Assembly (NCBI GenBank): GCA_013265495.1
Contig: MU058065.1
Span: 3,201,003 to 3,263,002, forward strand
Source: Vicugna vicugna
Lineage: Eukaryota
DNA length: 62,000 bases
Direction: 5' to 3'
Of the stretch, positions 42,501 to 50,479 are shown piece after piece. A program made the position numbers and the translations under genes. Position 1 is the stretch's first letter; the number at the start of each line of letters is the position of its first letter. A model generated the notes under the pieces. The model worked only from the letters and a program-made list of their open reading frames with translations, did no database searches and had not been told where the DNA came from.

Positions 42501-45500
42501 GGAAGATTATAGCTCAGTGGTAGAGTGCGTGCTTAGCATGCACAAGGTCCTGAGTTCAATTCCCAGTACCTCCATTAAAAATAAATAAATAAATAAACCT
42601 AATTTCCTCCCTCCAAAAAAGAAAGAAAATTAAAAAAAAATGTTTTTAAGTAGATGATTTTAAGCCATTACTGTAAACTGTGCTACATGTGACTATGTTA
42701 TAATTACGTAAAAAGTACTTAATTTTAAAAAACACATCCTAAAGTATTTAGAATTAAAACATAATGTGATTTACTTTAAAATATTTTTGCAAAATAGATA
42801 AAACTAATATAGCAGCTTGTTAAAATAATTATAAATCCAAGTAATGAGTCTACAGGAGTGCATACCCTTCTGTCTACTGTTCTGTATACTTCAAATTTTT
42901 CCTAAGAAAATTTCCAAACCATATGATAATACAAAATAACATGCTCCTAGTAACACAAATGTCAAACGCATGCAATAAGAACATTTAAATTAATCGACTG
43001 TCAAGCCACTGTAGTTTGATTCAAATTAGGAGCGGTGGGTCACATCCAAGTCACTAGTCCACTCACATGTGACACATGTGGCTCCAACACCCGCAGTGAA
43101 CCAGGTGACCTTGAGCAATTTACTTCATCTCCAAGCTCTATCTTTGGTAAATGAGTACAGGGGTAGCCCCTACCTCATAGGGCCGCTGTGGAGATTTACG
43201 TTCTTGAGTTAATACAAGTACGGACACGTGGGATGGACAACTTCCCTTCTGGGTGACAGAGTAAAGACACTCCACCTGTGCTTATCATGAGCCTCCCATC
43301 GGCCAGGGAAGAAGAAATTTTCCTCTATGCTCTAGGTTCTTCTGATTGGTATAATAATTAAATTGCCATGAGACAGATTCACAGGAGAAAAATCAAACAA
43401 AATTTTAACTATATGTATGCATGGAGGAGACCCAGCAAAACTGAATAATTCACAAAAATGGCAGAAACACTCACCTTAAATACCAACCTCAGCTAAAGAC
43501 AAAAGAGGAGGTTGAGGGTGGGGAGAGTCAGTTATGGAAGGTTATGGGAGAAAGCACAGTAAACAAGGGATAAGGTTTTGGGCAGATTTAAGTCTCTGCC
43601 TTCTCCATTGATAAGTTTCTAGAGATTTGGTCATCCTCCTCTTCCCAATACAGCAAGAGAGACACCCTTACAGAGATTTCCCTTATAAATGGAAGTGTTT
43701 CTTACAAAAGGATAAATCCTACTTGGTTTTCAGAGTTTTTCCCATGTCTGCTGCTGTTTAGAAAGTAACCAGTTTAAAATAATTAATATACCAAAGAGAC
43801 ATGTTTTGAGATGGTAAATTCTGCTCCCCTACAGATGGCAATACGGATCTTTCTGGAATAACCACAGATATCCGCAACTATAGGCAATGACAAGGGGCCA
43901 TGAAAAAAAATGAGAGTGGGCTGTCAGAGATGTGCTGACTGATTAGCAAGAAAGTCAGTCTCCAAGTTTAAGACATTAAATAGGACAGCATAGTGGTTAA
44001 AGCAGGAACTCTGGATAGAATGTCTGGGTTTGCACCCAGCTTCTCCAGCTCCTACGAACTGTGACCTTGAATCATTCACTTCGCCTCTTAGCTCCCTCAT
44101 CTGCACAGTGAGTGCAGAAATGAACAGTCCTTTACCTCGTAGAGTTGTTGGGAAGATTACATGGTTAATAGTGTTTGGTGCTTAGAATAGTACCTGGCAC
44201 ACACTAAGCCCTTGATAAGTGTAGCTTATCTTGATGGTACTTTGGCTTAGAGCAAAACAAAGCGTAATGCTAGCAACATGTCTGACAGTTTGGCTTAAGA
44301 GGACTTGAGTTCATGCTTTGAAAGTCCTTTTTCAGTAAATGCTAGCTGCACTGTAGTCACCTGGAGAATTTGTTTAAACAAACAAACAAAAAATCCCGAT
44401 GTGCCAGCTTCATTCTGAAACAAATGAATTCGAAATTCTAGGGCTAGAGCCTGGACACCCAAGTTTTCAGAAACTCCTCCAGTGATTTTAATGTGTGGCC
44501 AGGGTTGCGAACCACTGATCCAGGCATTCAGAATGTAAAATCGTTTCAAAAGTGTAAACCTCTACAGTGCAACAAATGTATTAGTACTGTTATTACTGTG
44601 GCCCCAACAGTGTACGACCCATGATCTTATAGCATATAGACGACTTTAGCCTTCCTAAGAGTTTAAGTTCCCAATAATTCCCGGCCTCTTCTACCACATC
44701 CCTTCCTCCTGACCCGCCACCCCGGCCCCCTTTACTGCAAAAGCTGAACAAACATCCAGAGAAAACGAGCGCAGGTAAGCCGCCACCCAGCCACCCCCAC
44801 CCCCGCCCCACCAGTGGCTGGCTCCTGTGCGTTTCTACAGGGGCTTAACTTGGGATCCGGCTAGAACGCCCTCCTGGGTCGAATTATTTACAGAGGCCAC
44901 CCAACCCAATGTGTGGTACAGTCTTTGCAGCAAGGTACCCTTTTGCATCCCGAAAATTTTAAACACGGGTATTTGTCTTGAGGATGCGGAGAAGGAAGGA
45001 ATCAGGTTTTAAACACGTGGGCATTGTTCTTCCACTTATGAATCCACAATGCAAGAAACGAGTTTATCCACTCTTGACGGGCTTAAGGGCAACTTGCGAC
45101 AGCTCCATTGGGTCGTGGTTACCTTTGGCTGTGTGCATTTGTCAGAACTCGAGCTGTATACTTAGAATCTGTGGCTTTCGTTGTGGGTAAGGTACACCTC
45201 AATTTTTAAAAACAGCACAGGGAAAAATAAAGTTGGCAAACAGCCGTTTGACACGAGGTGCACGTGAAAAGGTGAATCAAAAGAAGGGAGTCCCAAGTTA
45301 GCTACAAACGCCCTCTGTAACCTGCCTACTCTGGCTTACAAGAGAAGTAGGGTTGGAATTTCTAAGTACGTCCCTTGGACCGTTAGGACTGTCCGGGAAC
45401 GAGGAGACTGAGCCCCACGCATCGCGGAGCTTCGCCTAGATCTTGAGCGGCCGAGAGTCCTTACCGAGCAGCAGGAAGGACAGGCCCCACTGCAGCACCG

Positions 45501-45558
45501 CCGCGGTCTGCAGCCGCCGCGCCAGTGGAATGTTGAGCGGCGCAAACTCGACCTTCAT
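18412..45558 (-). CDS. MOGAT1: Monoacylglycerol O-acyltransferase 1 (DGAT2 family), full 6-exon CDS span, 335 aa
   Basis: Exons 45558-45465, 33155-32977, 32613-32409, 27979-27805, 27229-27030 and 18566-18412 join through GT-AG junctions into an open 1008-nt frame, [18 protein letters not shown]...[18 protein letters not shown]2-family motifs YFP, HPHG, GGxx[10 protein letters not shown] and VPVFSFGE are present. Adjacency to FARSB fits known synteny. Confidence 0.97.
18613..18797 (+). repeat. 185-bp direct repeat, copy 2 (3' end of MOGAT1 intron 5)
   Basis: Identical by eye to 17087-17271; offset 1526 bp. Confidence 0.93.
19573..19807 (+). mobile_element. Short L1 3'-end insertion with TSD
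   Basis: 12-bp TSD AAATGTATTAGG (19561-19572 / 19808-19819); L1 3'UTR with A-rich tail. Confidence 0.85.
20193..20210 (-). promoter_or_regulatory. Candidate CTCF site
   Basis: Minus strand GACCAGCAGAGGGCGCAA closely matches the CTCF core CCASYAGRKGGCRS. Confidence 0.6.
21503..21537 (+). repeat. (CA)n microsatellite
   Basis: About 17 uninterrupted CA units in MOGAT1 intron 5. Confidence 0.95.
24638..24760 (+). mobile_element. tRNA-Ala-derived SINE (Vic-1-like)
   Basis: A box TAGCTCAGTGG, B box GGTTCAATCC, AT-rich tail, degenerate TSD. Confidence 0.88.
27030..27229 (-). CDS. MOGAT1: MOGAT1 exon 5 (200 nt)
   Basis: Acceptor [36 protein letters not shown]...[10 protein letters not shown]; donor G|GTATGT. 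Confidence 0.96.
27805..27979 (-). CDS. MOGAT1: MOGAT1 exon 4 (175 nt)
   Basis: Acceptor TTTTATTCACTAAG|GG; translated by hand as [59 protein letters not shown]; donor GG|GTAAGT. This frame is not in the ORF track. Confidence 0.95.
29176..29533 (+). mobile_element. MLT1A-like MaLR LTR
   Basis: Typical CCTCCAAAATTCATATATTGAAATCCTAACCCCCAA...CTGTGAGAAATAAATT sequence. Confidence 0.8.
31139..31302 (+). mobile_element. tRNA-Ala-derived SINE (Vic-1-like) with (ATTA)n expansion
   Basis: Same head; (ATTA)n at ~31222-31254; degenerate TSD AAGAGAT(T)GGA. Confidence 0.85.
32409..32613 (-). CDS. MOGAT1: MOGAT1 exon 3 (205 nt), contains HPHG motif
   Basis: Acceptor [40 protein letters not shown]...FREYLMST; donor G|GTAAGT. 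Confidence 0.96.
32977..33155 (-). CDS. MOGAT1: MOGAT1 exon 2 (179 nt)
   Basis: Acceptor TTCCTTACAG|CG; (A)[15 protein letters not shown]...[11 protein letters not shown]; donor |GTGAGT. Confidence 0.95.
33197..33348 (+). mobile_element. tRNA-Ala-derived SINE (Vic-1-like) next to the MOGAT1 exon 2 acceptor
   Basis: GTATAGCGCAGTGGCAGAGCACATGCTTAGCATGCACCAGGTCCTGGATTCAATCCCCAGTACCTCC; a head-like GGGGAGGGTA also occurs at 33197. Confidence 0.85.
35925..36520 (+). mobile_element. L1 ORF2 3' fragment
   Basis: Canonical AAAATGGGCAGAAGACCTAAACA...GAAATGCAAATCAAAACTACAA...ATGGAATACTACTCAGCCATAAAAAAGAAT. Confidence 0.88.
36564..36599. repeat. Perfect 36-bp palindrome
   Basis: TGTACAAATGCAATCTTG|CAAGATTGCATTTGTACA; 18-bp arms, no spacer. 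Confidence 0.95.
37135..37393 (+). mobile_element. Young L1 3'-end insertion with TSD
   Basis: 15-bp TSD AAGAATGTAAGTATA (37120-37134 / 37394-37408); 3'UTR nearly identical to the reverse complement of 16052-16290. Confidence 0.9.
37600..37920 (-). mobile_element. L1 3'-end fragment
   Basis: Poly-T followed by L1 3'UTR, similar to the other copies. Confidence 0.8.
38770..40470 (+). mobile_element. Old L1M ORF2/3'UTR fragment
   Basis: Degenerate ORF2 peptide [33 protein letters not shown]; frameshifted. Confidence 0.85.
40775..41410 (+). mobile_element. L1MA-type 3' fragment
   Basis: CCCATGTTCATTGCAGCATTATTTACAATAG...TCATTATGTTGTACACCTAAAACTAATACAAT. Confidence 0.82.
42496..42650 (+). mobile_element. 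tRNA-Ala-derived SINE (Vic-1-like)
   Basis: Same head and A-rich tail; perfect 14-bp TSD TAGATGATTTTAAG (42482-42495 / 42651-42664). Confidence 0.9.
43300..43833 (-). mobile_element. MER34-like ERV1 solo LTR in MOGAT1 intron 1
   Basis: Minus strand begins TGTAGGGGAGCAGAATTTACCATCTCAAAACATGTCTCTTTGG, typical of MER34/MER39-group LTR heads (from memory). Confidence 0.65.
43980..44230 (+). mobile_element. MIR SINE
   Basis: GCATAGTGGTTAA...CTGTGACCTTG...CCTCATCTG...CTTAGAATAGTACCTGGCACA core. Many other MIR/L2 remnants in the window are not listed. Confidence 0.75.
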
Positions 45559-45980
45559 GGCCCAGCCGAGGCGAGGACTGCGCCGAGCGCGGCCGCCGGG
45601 AACCTCGCTGCTCCGCGGCTCCTGCCGGGTGTGTGCCCTCCTGGCTCTGCGCTGGGCACTTGGCTGCGGCCAAGAAGTGCGTGAGGCCTGAACTAGGTCT
45701 TGAGGCGGAGGCGCACCGGGGCTGAGGCCGGAGGCTGCCAATCACTCGCGCCCAGCCCTGGAGCAGCTGCTGCGCCCGGGACGCATTGGCTGGCCCGCCC
45801 CGGCACCAGCGACAGCGCGCTGCGTTGGGTAAAAGGGACAGCGAAAGAAGTCAGCTGGCAGCCTGCCCGACCCGGCAGAGCTGGCTTGGCTACCTGGCAG
45901 AATACCTGGGATCCCTACCGGGATCTGACCATTGTTCAGCTGATCGATTTCTGCGCGCACGACTTCAGCAACCGTCGTTA
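45380..45980 (-). promoter_or_regulatory. MOGAT1 CpG island / promoter
   Basis: High GC and CpG across exon 1; CCAAT boxes at ~45738 (+) and ~45785 (-); GC box CCCGCCCC at ~45794. Confidence 0.8.
45465..45558 (-). CDS. MOGAT1: MOGAT1 coding exon 1 (94 nt)
   Basis: ATG at 45558; [31 protein letters not shown]; donor G|GTAAGG. Confidence 0.96.
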
Positions 45981-46974
45981 AACCCACCTCTTCCTCTGAA
46001 AGTTTCTCCAGCTAGGGAAAGGGTTAGTTCCCGCTTCTCCCACCAGCTGGAGAAAGGGGCAGGAGTTAGCTTCTCTGGAGCTTGCACCCTACTATTTGTG
46101 GGTCTGTGTCCCCCACACCACCCCCAAACTCTGGGGGCCTCCTCACTTTCGTGTCTCAGATTCCCACGTGAATTCTGGAAATCTTTCACTTACTCATTCA
46201 TTCAATGGACATTGATAGAATACCTACCAAGTGCCAGGAACCATTCTGAGCACTGGGGATACACCCAGTGACCAAGTCAGTCATCCATTCTGCTCTCACA
46301 GAGTACAAATTATGAGGAGAGACAAACATAAGAAAAATAACCACACATTGGGTGTGTAATTGCAAAATGAAACCCTACTATGAATGAAAGGGAAGGTTCT
46401 AGGATGTAAACTGGAGGGTCAGTCTCTGAAGAAGTGACTTTGACTTGAATTATAATGGTGAATCTAGTCCAAGCAAAGGGGAGCACACGTGCAAAGGTCC
46501 TATGGCTGAAACTCAAAGAAGACCAATATAGTGGGAGCTCAGGGAACAAGAAGGAGATTGGAATGAGATGAGCCAAAAATGGTGGCAAAGGGCCTGATCC
46601 TTGCAGGCTGTGTTTAGGGTTCAAGTCTTTACCCTAAGATTTGCCACTGAAGGGTTTCAATTATAATGGATTAAATAAAAAGATGGATTCTAAACTGTGC
46701 CTCATCCTGCGAGCACTCACTAAATGTTCTTTATAAAGCTTACTGTACAGTTGGACAACTCCAAGTAGCAGGTAGCTGTCAAGTCATTGCTACAGGGAAT
46801 TTGGAACAGGGCAAAACAACAGTTGAATACTCACCCCCTACCCCCACCATGCCCTTTTCTCCTTAACATTTTAATAGAAAGTTGGATTAAAAACAACAAC
46901 TGGGTCATTCAGGGGACTTGTTTGTGACTTTTAGTATTCAAAACGTGCTGTTTTTTTCCTAATTGAGAAATTAC

Positions 46975-47155
46975 TTTTTTTTCTGCTGCATTTTCTTTAT
47001 TTCAAGCCACAGATCTACTTGGAGGATCAGGCAGCAAGTGGCTTATAAATGAAATCAGAGTCTATGAATAGTGTCATCACATGAAGAGACAGAATCACTG
47101 GATTCTCTCCTTAGGTAAAGAGCTCCCATCTTCAGAATCCATGCATTGGTATTAT
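46975..47155 (-). terminator. GK retrocopy 3'UTR with poly(A) signal and A-tail remnant
   Basis: AATAAA at 47001-46996 (minus), followed 13 nt later by A8 (46982-46975). The UTR resembles my recollection of the parental GK 3'UTR. Confidence 0.8.
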
Positions 47156-48817
47156 TTATGGCACTCCTGAGAGGTACCTTGCTCCGATTAACATTACCAT
47201 GCTACTCACTATAAAAAAGCCCAAGGGTAGACTACTGAAGATACTAGGATCACCACTTTCTGGCGACTGCGTTGTAACCCAACCCATTGACTTCATCACA
47301 GCTTTTTTCCACGTAGAATAACGAATTTCACTTTCCTTAGCGTTGATCTGAGGTTCAAACCGCTCCATCGTGACAGCTGACAAATCCTCAGGTTCGAGGC
47401 TCCAAACGCCAACCCCTTCTGCAGCCCCTGCTGCCATGGCAGCTCCCAGGGCAGTTGTTTCGGGCATCGAGGGCTTCACTACTGGGATGTACAGAATGTC
47501 TGCTTGTAGCTGCATAAGAATTTTGTTGTTGGTCATTCCTCCGTCTACCTGCAAATGGCTGAGTGGAATTCCACAGTCACGGTTCATAGCGTCCAAAATC
47601 TCTCGGGTTTGGAAACAAACAGCTTCTAATGCAGCAAAAGCAATATGGCATTTATTGGTGAATTGAGTGAGCCCACAGATGATCCCTCTTGCACTGGGGT
47701 CCCAATAAGGTGCATACAGCCCTGAAAATGCTGGGACGAAATAGCAGTCGTAGGAAGTGCCTGCTTCTTTAGCAAGTTTTTCAATTTCCTCTGAGGTCTT
47801 TATAATTCCAAGATTGTCTCTTAGCCAGCGAATAACAGCACCAGCTATAGCTACCGAACCTTCTAATGCATAATATACTGGTTTGTCTCTGCCGAGCTTG
47901 TAAGCCACTGTGGTCAGAAGGCCATGTTCAGAAAATACACATTTGTGGCCTGTATTACATAGTAGGAAACAGCCTGTTCCATACGTGTTTTTGGCTTGTC
48001 CATCCTGGAAGCACATCTGTCCCACCAGCGCAGCAGATTGATCCCCCAAACACCCAGATATTGGCACACCTTCCAAGGTCCCCGCTTTCATTAGACCATA
48101 GATCTCAGAAGAACTCCTGACATTGGGAAGAATTTTCATTGGAACTTTAAAAAATTCACAGAGCTGTTTATCCCATTCCAAAGAATGAATGTTGAAAAGC
48201 ATCGTCCTACTTGCATTTGTTACATCTGTACAATGGACACCTCCTGTGGCTCCTCCTGTCAAGCTCCAAATAAGCCATGAATCAATGGTCCCAAAAAGAG
48301 CTCTATCTTCTTCAACTGCCTTTTGAATTTTTTTCACGTTGTCAAGGAGCCAACGAAGTTTCACTGCACTGAAGTAAGTGCTAAGTGGAAGGCCTGTCTT
48401 GGACTTGACAAAGTTGTTATTTACTGGAATGCTTTTACTAAGATTCTCAACGGTAGACTGGGTTCTTAGATCAAGCCACACCACAGCATTGTAGAGAGGC
48501 TCTCCAGTTAACTTGTCCCAGACCACAGTGGTTTCCCTTTGGTTACTGACGCCAATAGCTTTTATGTTGGAAATATCAATGTTGAGCCGTCCCAATTTCT
48601 CACACGTTTTCTCTACACACTCATAGACAGAATGCAGGATTTCCTTAGGGTCTTGTTCCACCCATCCTTCTTTTGGAAATTGTTGTTTTATTTCCACTTG
48701 ATGATGACTAAGTAGTTCGGCAGTCTTTGAATTGAAAACCAAAAAGCGTGTCGAGCTGGTGCCCTGGTCCACTGCTCCTACTAGCGGCCCCAAAAGCGCT
48801 TTCTTCGTGGCTGCCAT
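47156..48817 (-). CDS. GK: Glycerol kinase, intronless retrocopy of X-linked GK with intact ORF (553 aa from canonical ATG; 595 aa from upstream ATG at 48943)
   Basis: Single uninterrupted 1662-nt [28 protein letters not shown]...[14 protein letters not shown] kinase motifs DQGTSS, NQRETT, GDQ, TYGTG and DGG are intact. No introns, whereas parental GK is multi-exon. The symbol names the parent; the copy itself is GK2-like or unnamed. Confidence 0.95.
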   Translation of the reverse strand: MAATKKALLGPLVGAVDQGTSSTRFLVFNSKTAELLSHHQVEIKQQFPKEGWVEQDPKEILHSVYECVEKTCEKLGRLNIDISNIKAIGVSNQRETTVVWDKLTGEPLYNAVVWLDLRTQSTVENLSKSIPVNNNFVKSKTGLPLSTYFSAVKLRWLLDNVKKIQKAVEEDRALFGTIDSWLIWSLTGGATGGVHCTDVTNASRTMLFNIHSLEWDKQLCEFFKVPMKILPNVRSSSEIYGLMKAGTLEGVPISGCLGDQSAALVGQMCFQDGQAKNTYGTGCFLLCNTGHKCVFSEHGLLTTVAYKLGRDKPVYYALEGSVAIAGAVIRWLRDNLGIIKTSEEIEKLAKEAGTSYDCYFVPAFSGLYAPYWDPSARGIICGLTQFTNKCHIAFAALEAVCFQTREILDAMNRDCGIPLSHLQVDGGMTNNKILMQLQADILYIPVVKPSMPETTALGAAMAAGAAEGVGVWSLEPEDLSAVTMERFEPQINAKESEIRYSTWKKAVMKSMGWVTTQSPESGDPSIFSSLPLGFFIVSSMVMLIGARYLSGVP

Positions 48818-48990
48818 GAAACTAGCTTCGGTCGGCGGGCAGGCGATCGCGTTCCGTTTCCCGGGTGACGGCGGCGGGCGGGGGAGGGGCGGACGGCGAG
48901 TCGGGAGGGTCAGACGGCGCGCAGCCGTAGAACGCTTTATCATTCCTCACCTCTTCCTTCTCCTCCCTCCTCTCTTTTAGATTTCTTCCT
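48730..48990 (-). promoter_or_regulatory. CpG-rich 5' end / candidate promoter of the GK retrocopy
   Basis: Dense CpG and GC-box-like CCGCCCC / CCCGCCC runs at 48830-48935, with a purine-rich tract immediately upstream. Confidence 0.55.
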
Positions 48991-49953
48991 TGAACCTTCC
49001 CCAGTGCTACTGGGGATACTGTGAGTGCACACCACGTCAGACTGTGCAGAGCCCTTCACCAGCCTGAGCTTATCCTAGATCAATCCTGCAAAATGATCAT
49101 TAGCTCATCTGGCAGTTAGTGAAGGGCCAGGCTCAAAGTCACACAGCTGGAAGAGCGGAAAAGATTCAAATATACTTCTGTCTAAAGCCTGGAGAGGAGA
49201 GTCATCCCCTCTTCAATTGACTCAAACATGGAACAAATATTTACGGAGTGCCTGCTTTGCACCAGGCATTGCCCTCGGTGCTAACACAAAGGTGAGTTAA
49301 GACATGGTCTCTCAGCCTTTGAGAATTCACACGCGTTCATTCATTGACTATTTAGGGAAAAGCTTCTACCTGCTAAGCACTAGGTGGGGAGTAGGGGTGG
49401 GCTGAATAAGATAGGGTGAATAAGAAAGGTCTCTGTCGTCATGGGACTCACAGTCTAGCGAGGGAAACAGAAAGCAATCATATAGGTATATAACGAAATG
49501 AGTGCTCGTGCCCTGAAAGAAACATAGGTTCCAGTGATAGAGAATGAGCCCCTATTTACAACAGATTGGAGGTAACAAGAGTGGAAGTAGGGAGACCCTA
49601 AGGAGGCTATTGGAGGGTGGAAGTAGAGGATGGTGGCTTGGTCTACAGGGGAGAATACAGATGGATTTAACGTATGCTTTGGAGATGTAAATTGCAGGAC
49701 CAATTGATTATCTGGATTCACAATCTATGGTACATAAGAAGAGCAGGACACCCAGAACTCCTAATCACTTGGAGTTCAATCTACTGAATCATGCTCTTGT
49801 CTCTTTCCTGGAGCCCTCAGCAGGTAGAAAAGAACTGTCATTCCCCATCACAGACCATTTAAGCAAAGCAGGGACCCAGGAGGGTCCATCACCATTTTAA
49901 TTAGCAATTAAATCATTCACTCATTTGTTTGACAGTCAACACGTGTTCATTTG

Positions 49954-50479
49954 TGTATTATATTGGGTCCCAGGTTATTGGAATTAAATTGTTACTGGGT
50001 AGGGGTTATTCATTCTGTGAAGGAAAAACCGGGCTGGTCTAACAAGATAACTCACAAGTCTAGGAATGTGAAGGAGAGGCTGGGCTGGTCTAACAAGATA
50101 ACTCACAAATCTAAGTATTGGAATACTGATCTGAGTTCTGCTAGACTAATTTGTAAATCTAGGTTAATTAGTGTTGGTTTGCTGTTCATGTTTTTTGCTA
50201 GTCAGCTGGGTTTTCAAAGATACATATCTGGCTTTGGAATGTTGGTTTGCTGCCTCCCCGCCTCCACTTTTGTGATGATAATGCTGATAAAGCTGTTCCA
50301 TGCCTATTGGCCTAATACCCCAAGCTTGTACTTTACCCTATAAAACCTCATGCGCACGTCTTGGAGGTGCTCAGAGCTTCGGAGCAGAAGCCCCTCTGAG
50401 CCCGCCGGCGTAATACATCTGAGTACTACAACCCTCCGAGTGGTGCTTGTTTCTTGACTGGCCTGTCGTTTCCGTAACA
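49954..50479 (+). mobile_element. ERV1-type solo LTR inserted in an L2-like tail
   Basis: TG...GTAACA termini; imperfect TSD TTTG/TTTC; TATAAAA ~50339; AATACA ~50412; internal 51-bp tandem duplication. R/U5 resembles the LTR at 6169-6740. The left boundary could instead be 49990. Confidence 0.78.

Noticed and set aside
47156..48817. Calling the GK copy a processed pseudogene, or canonical GK/GK2
   Set aside because: It has no disabling lesion. The intronless structure excludes parental GK, and the flanking genes do not match the human GK2 locus as I know it. Function remains unproven.
46920..48990. Target-site duplication around the GK retrocopy
   Set aside because: I could not find a convincing direct repeat at the two junctions by eye.
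6169..50479. The two related LTRs as the ends of one provirus
   Set aside because: Opposite orientation, different U3 regions, 44 kb apart, and no gag/pol/env between them.
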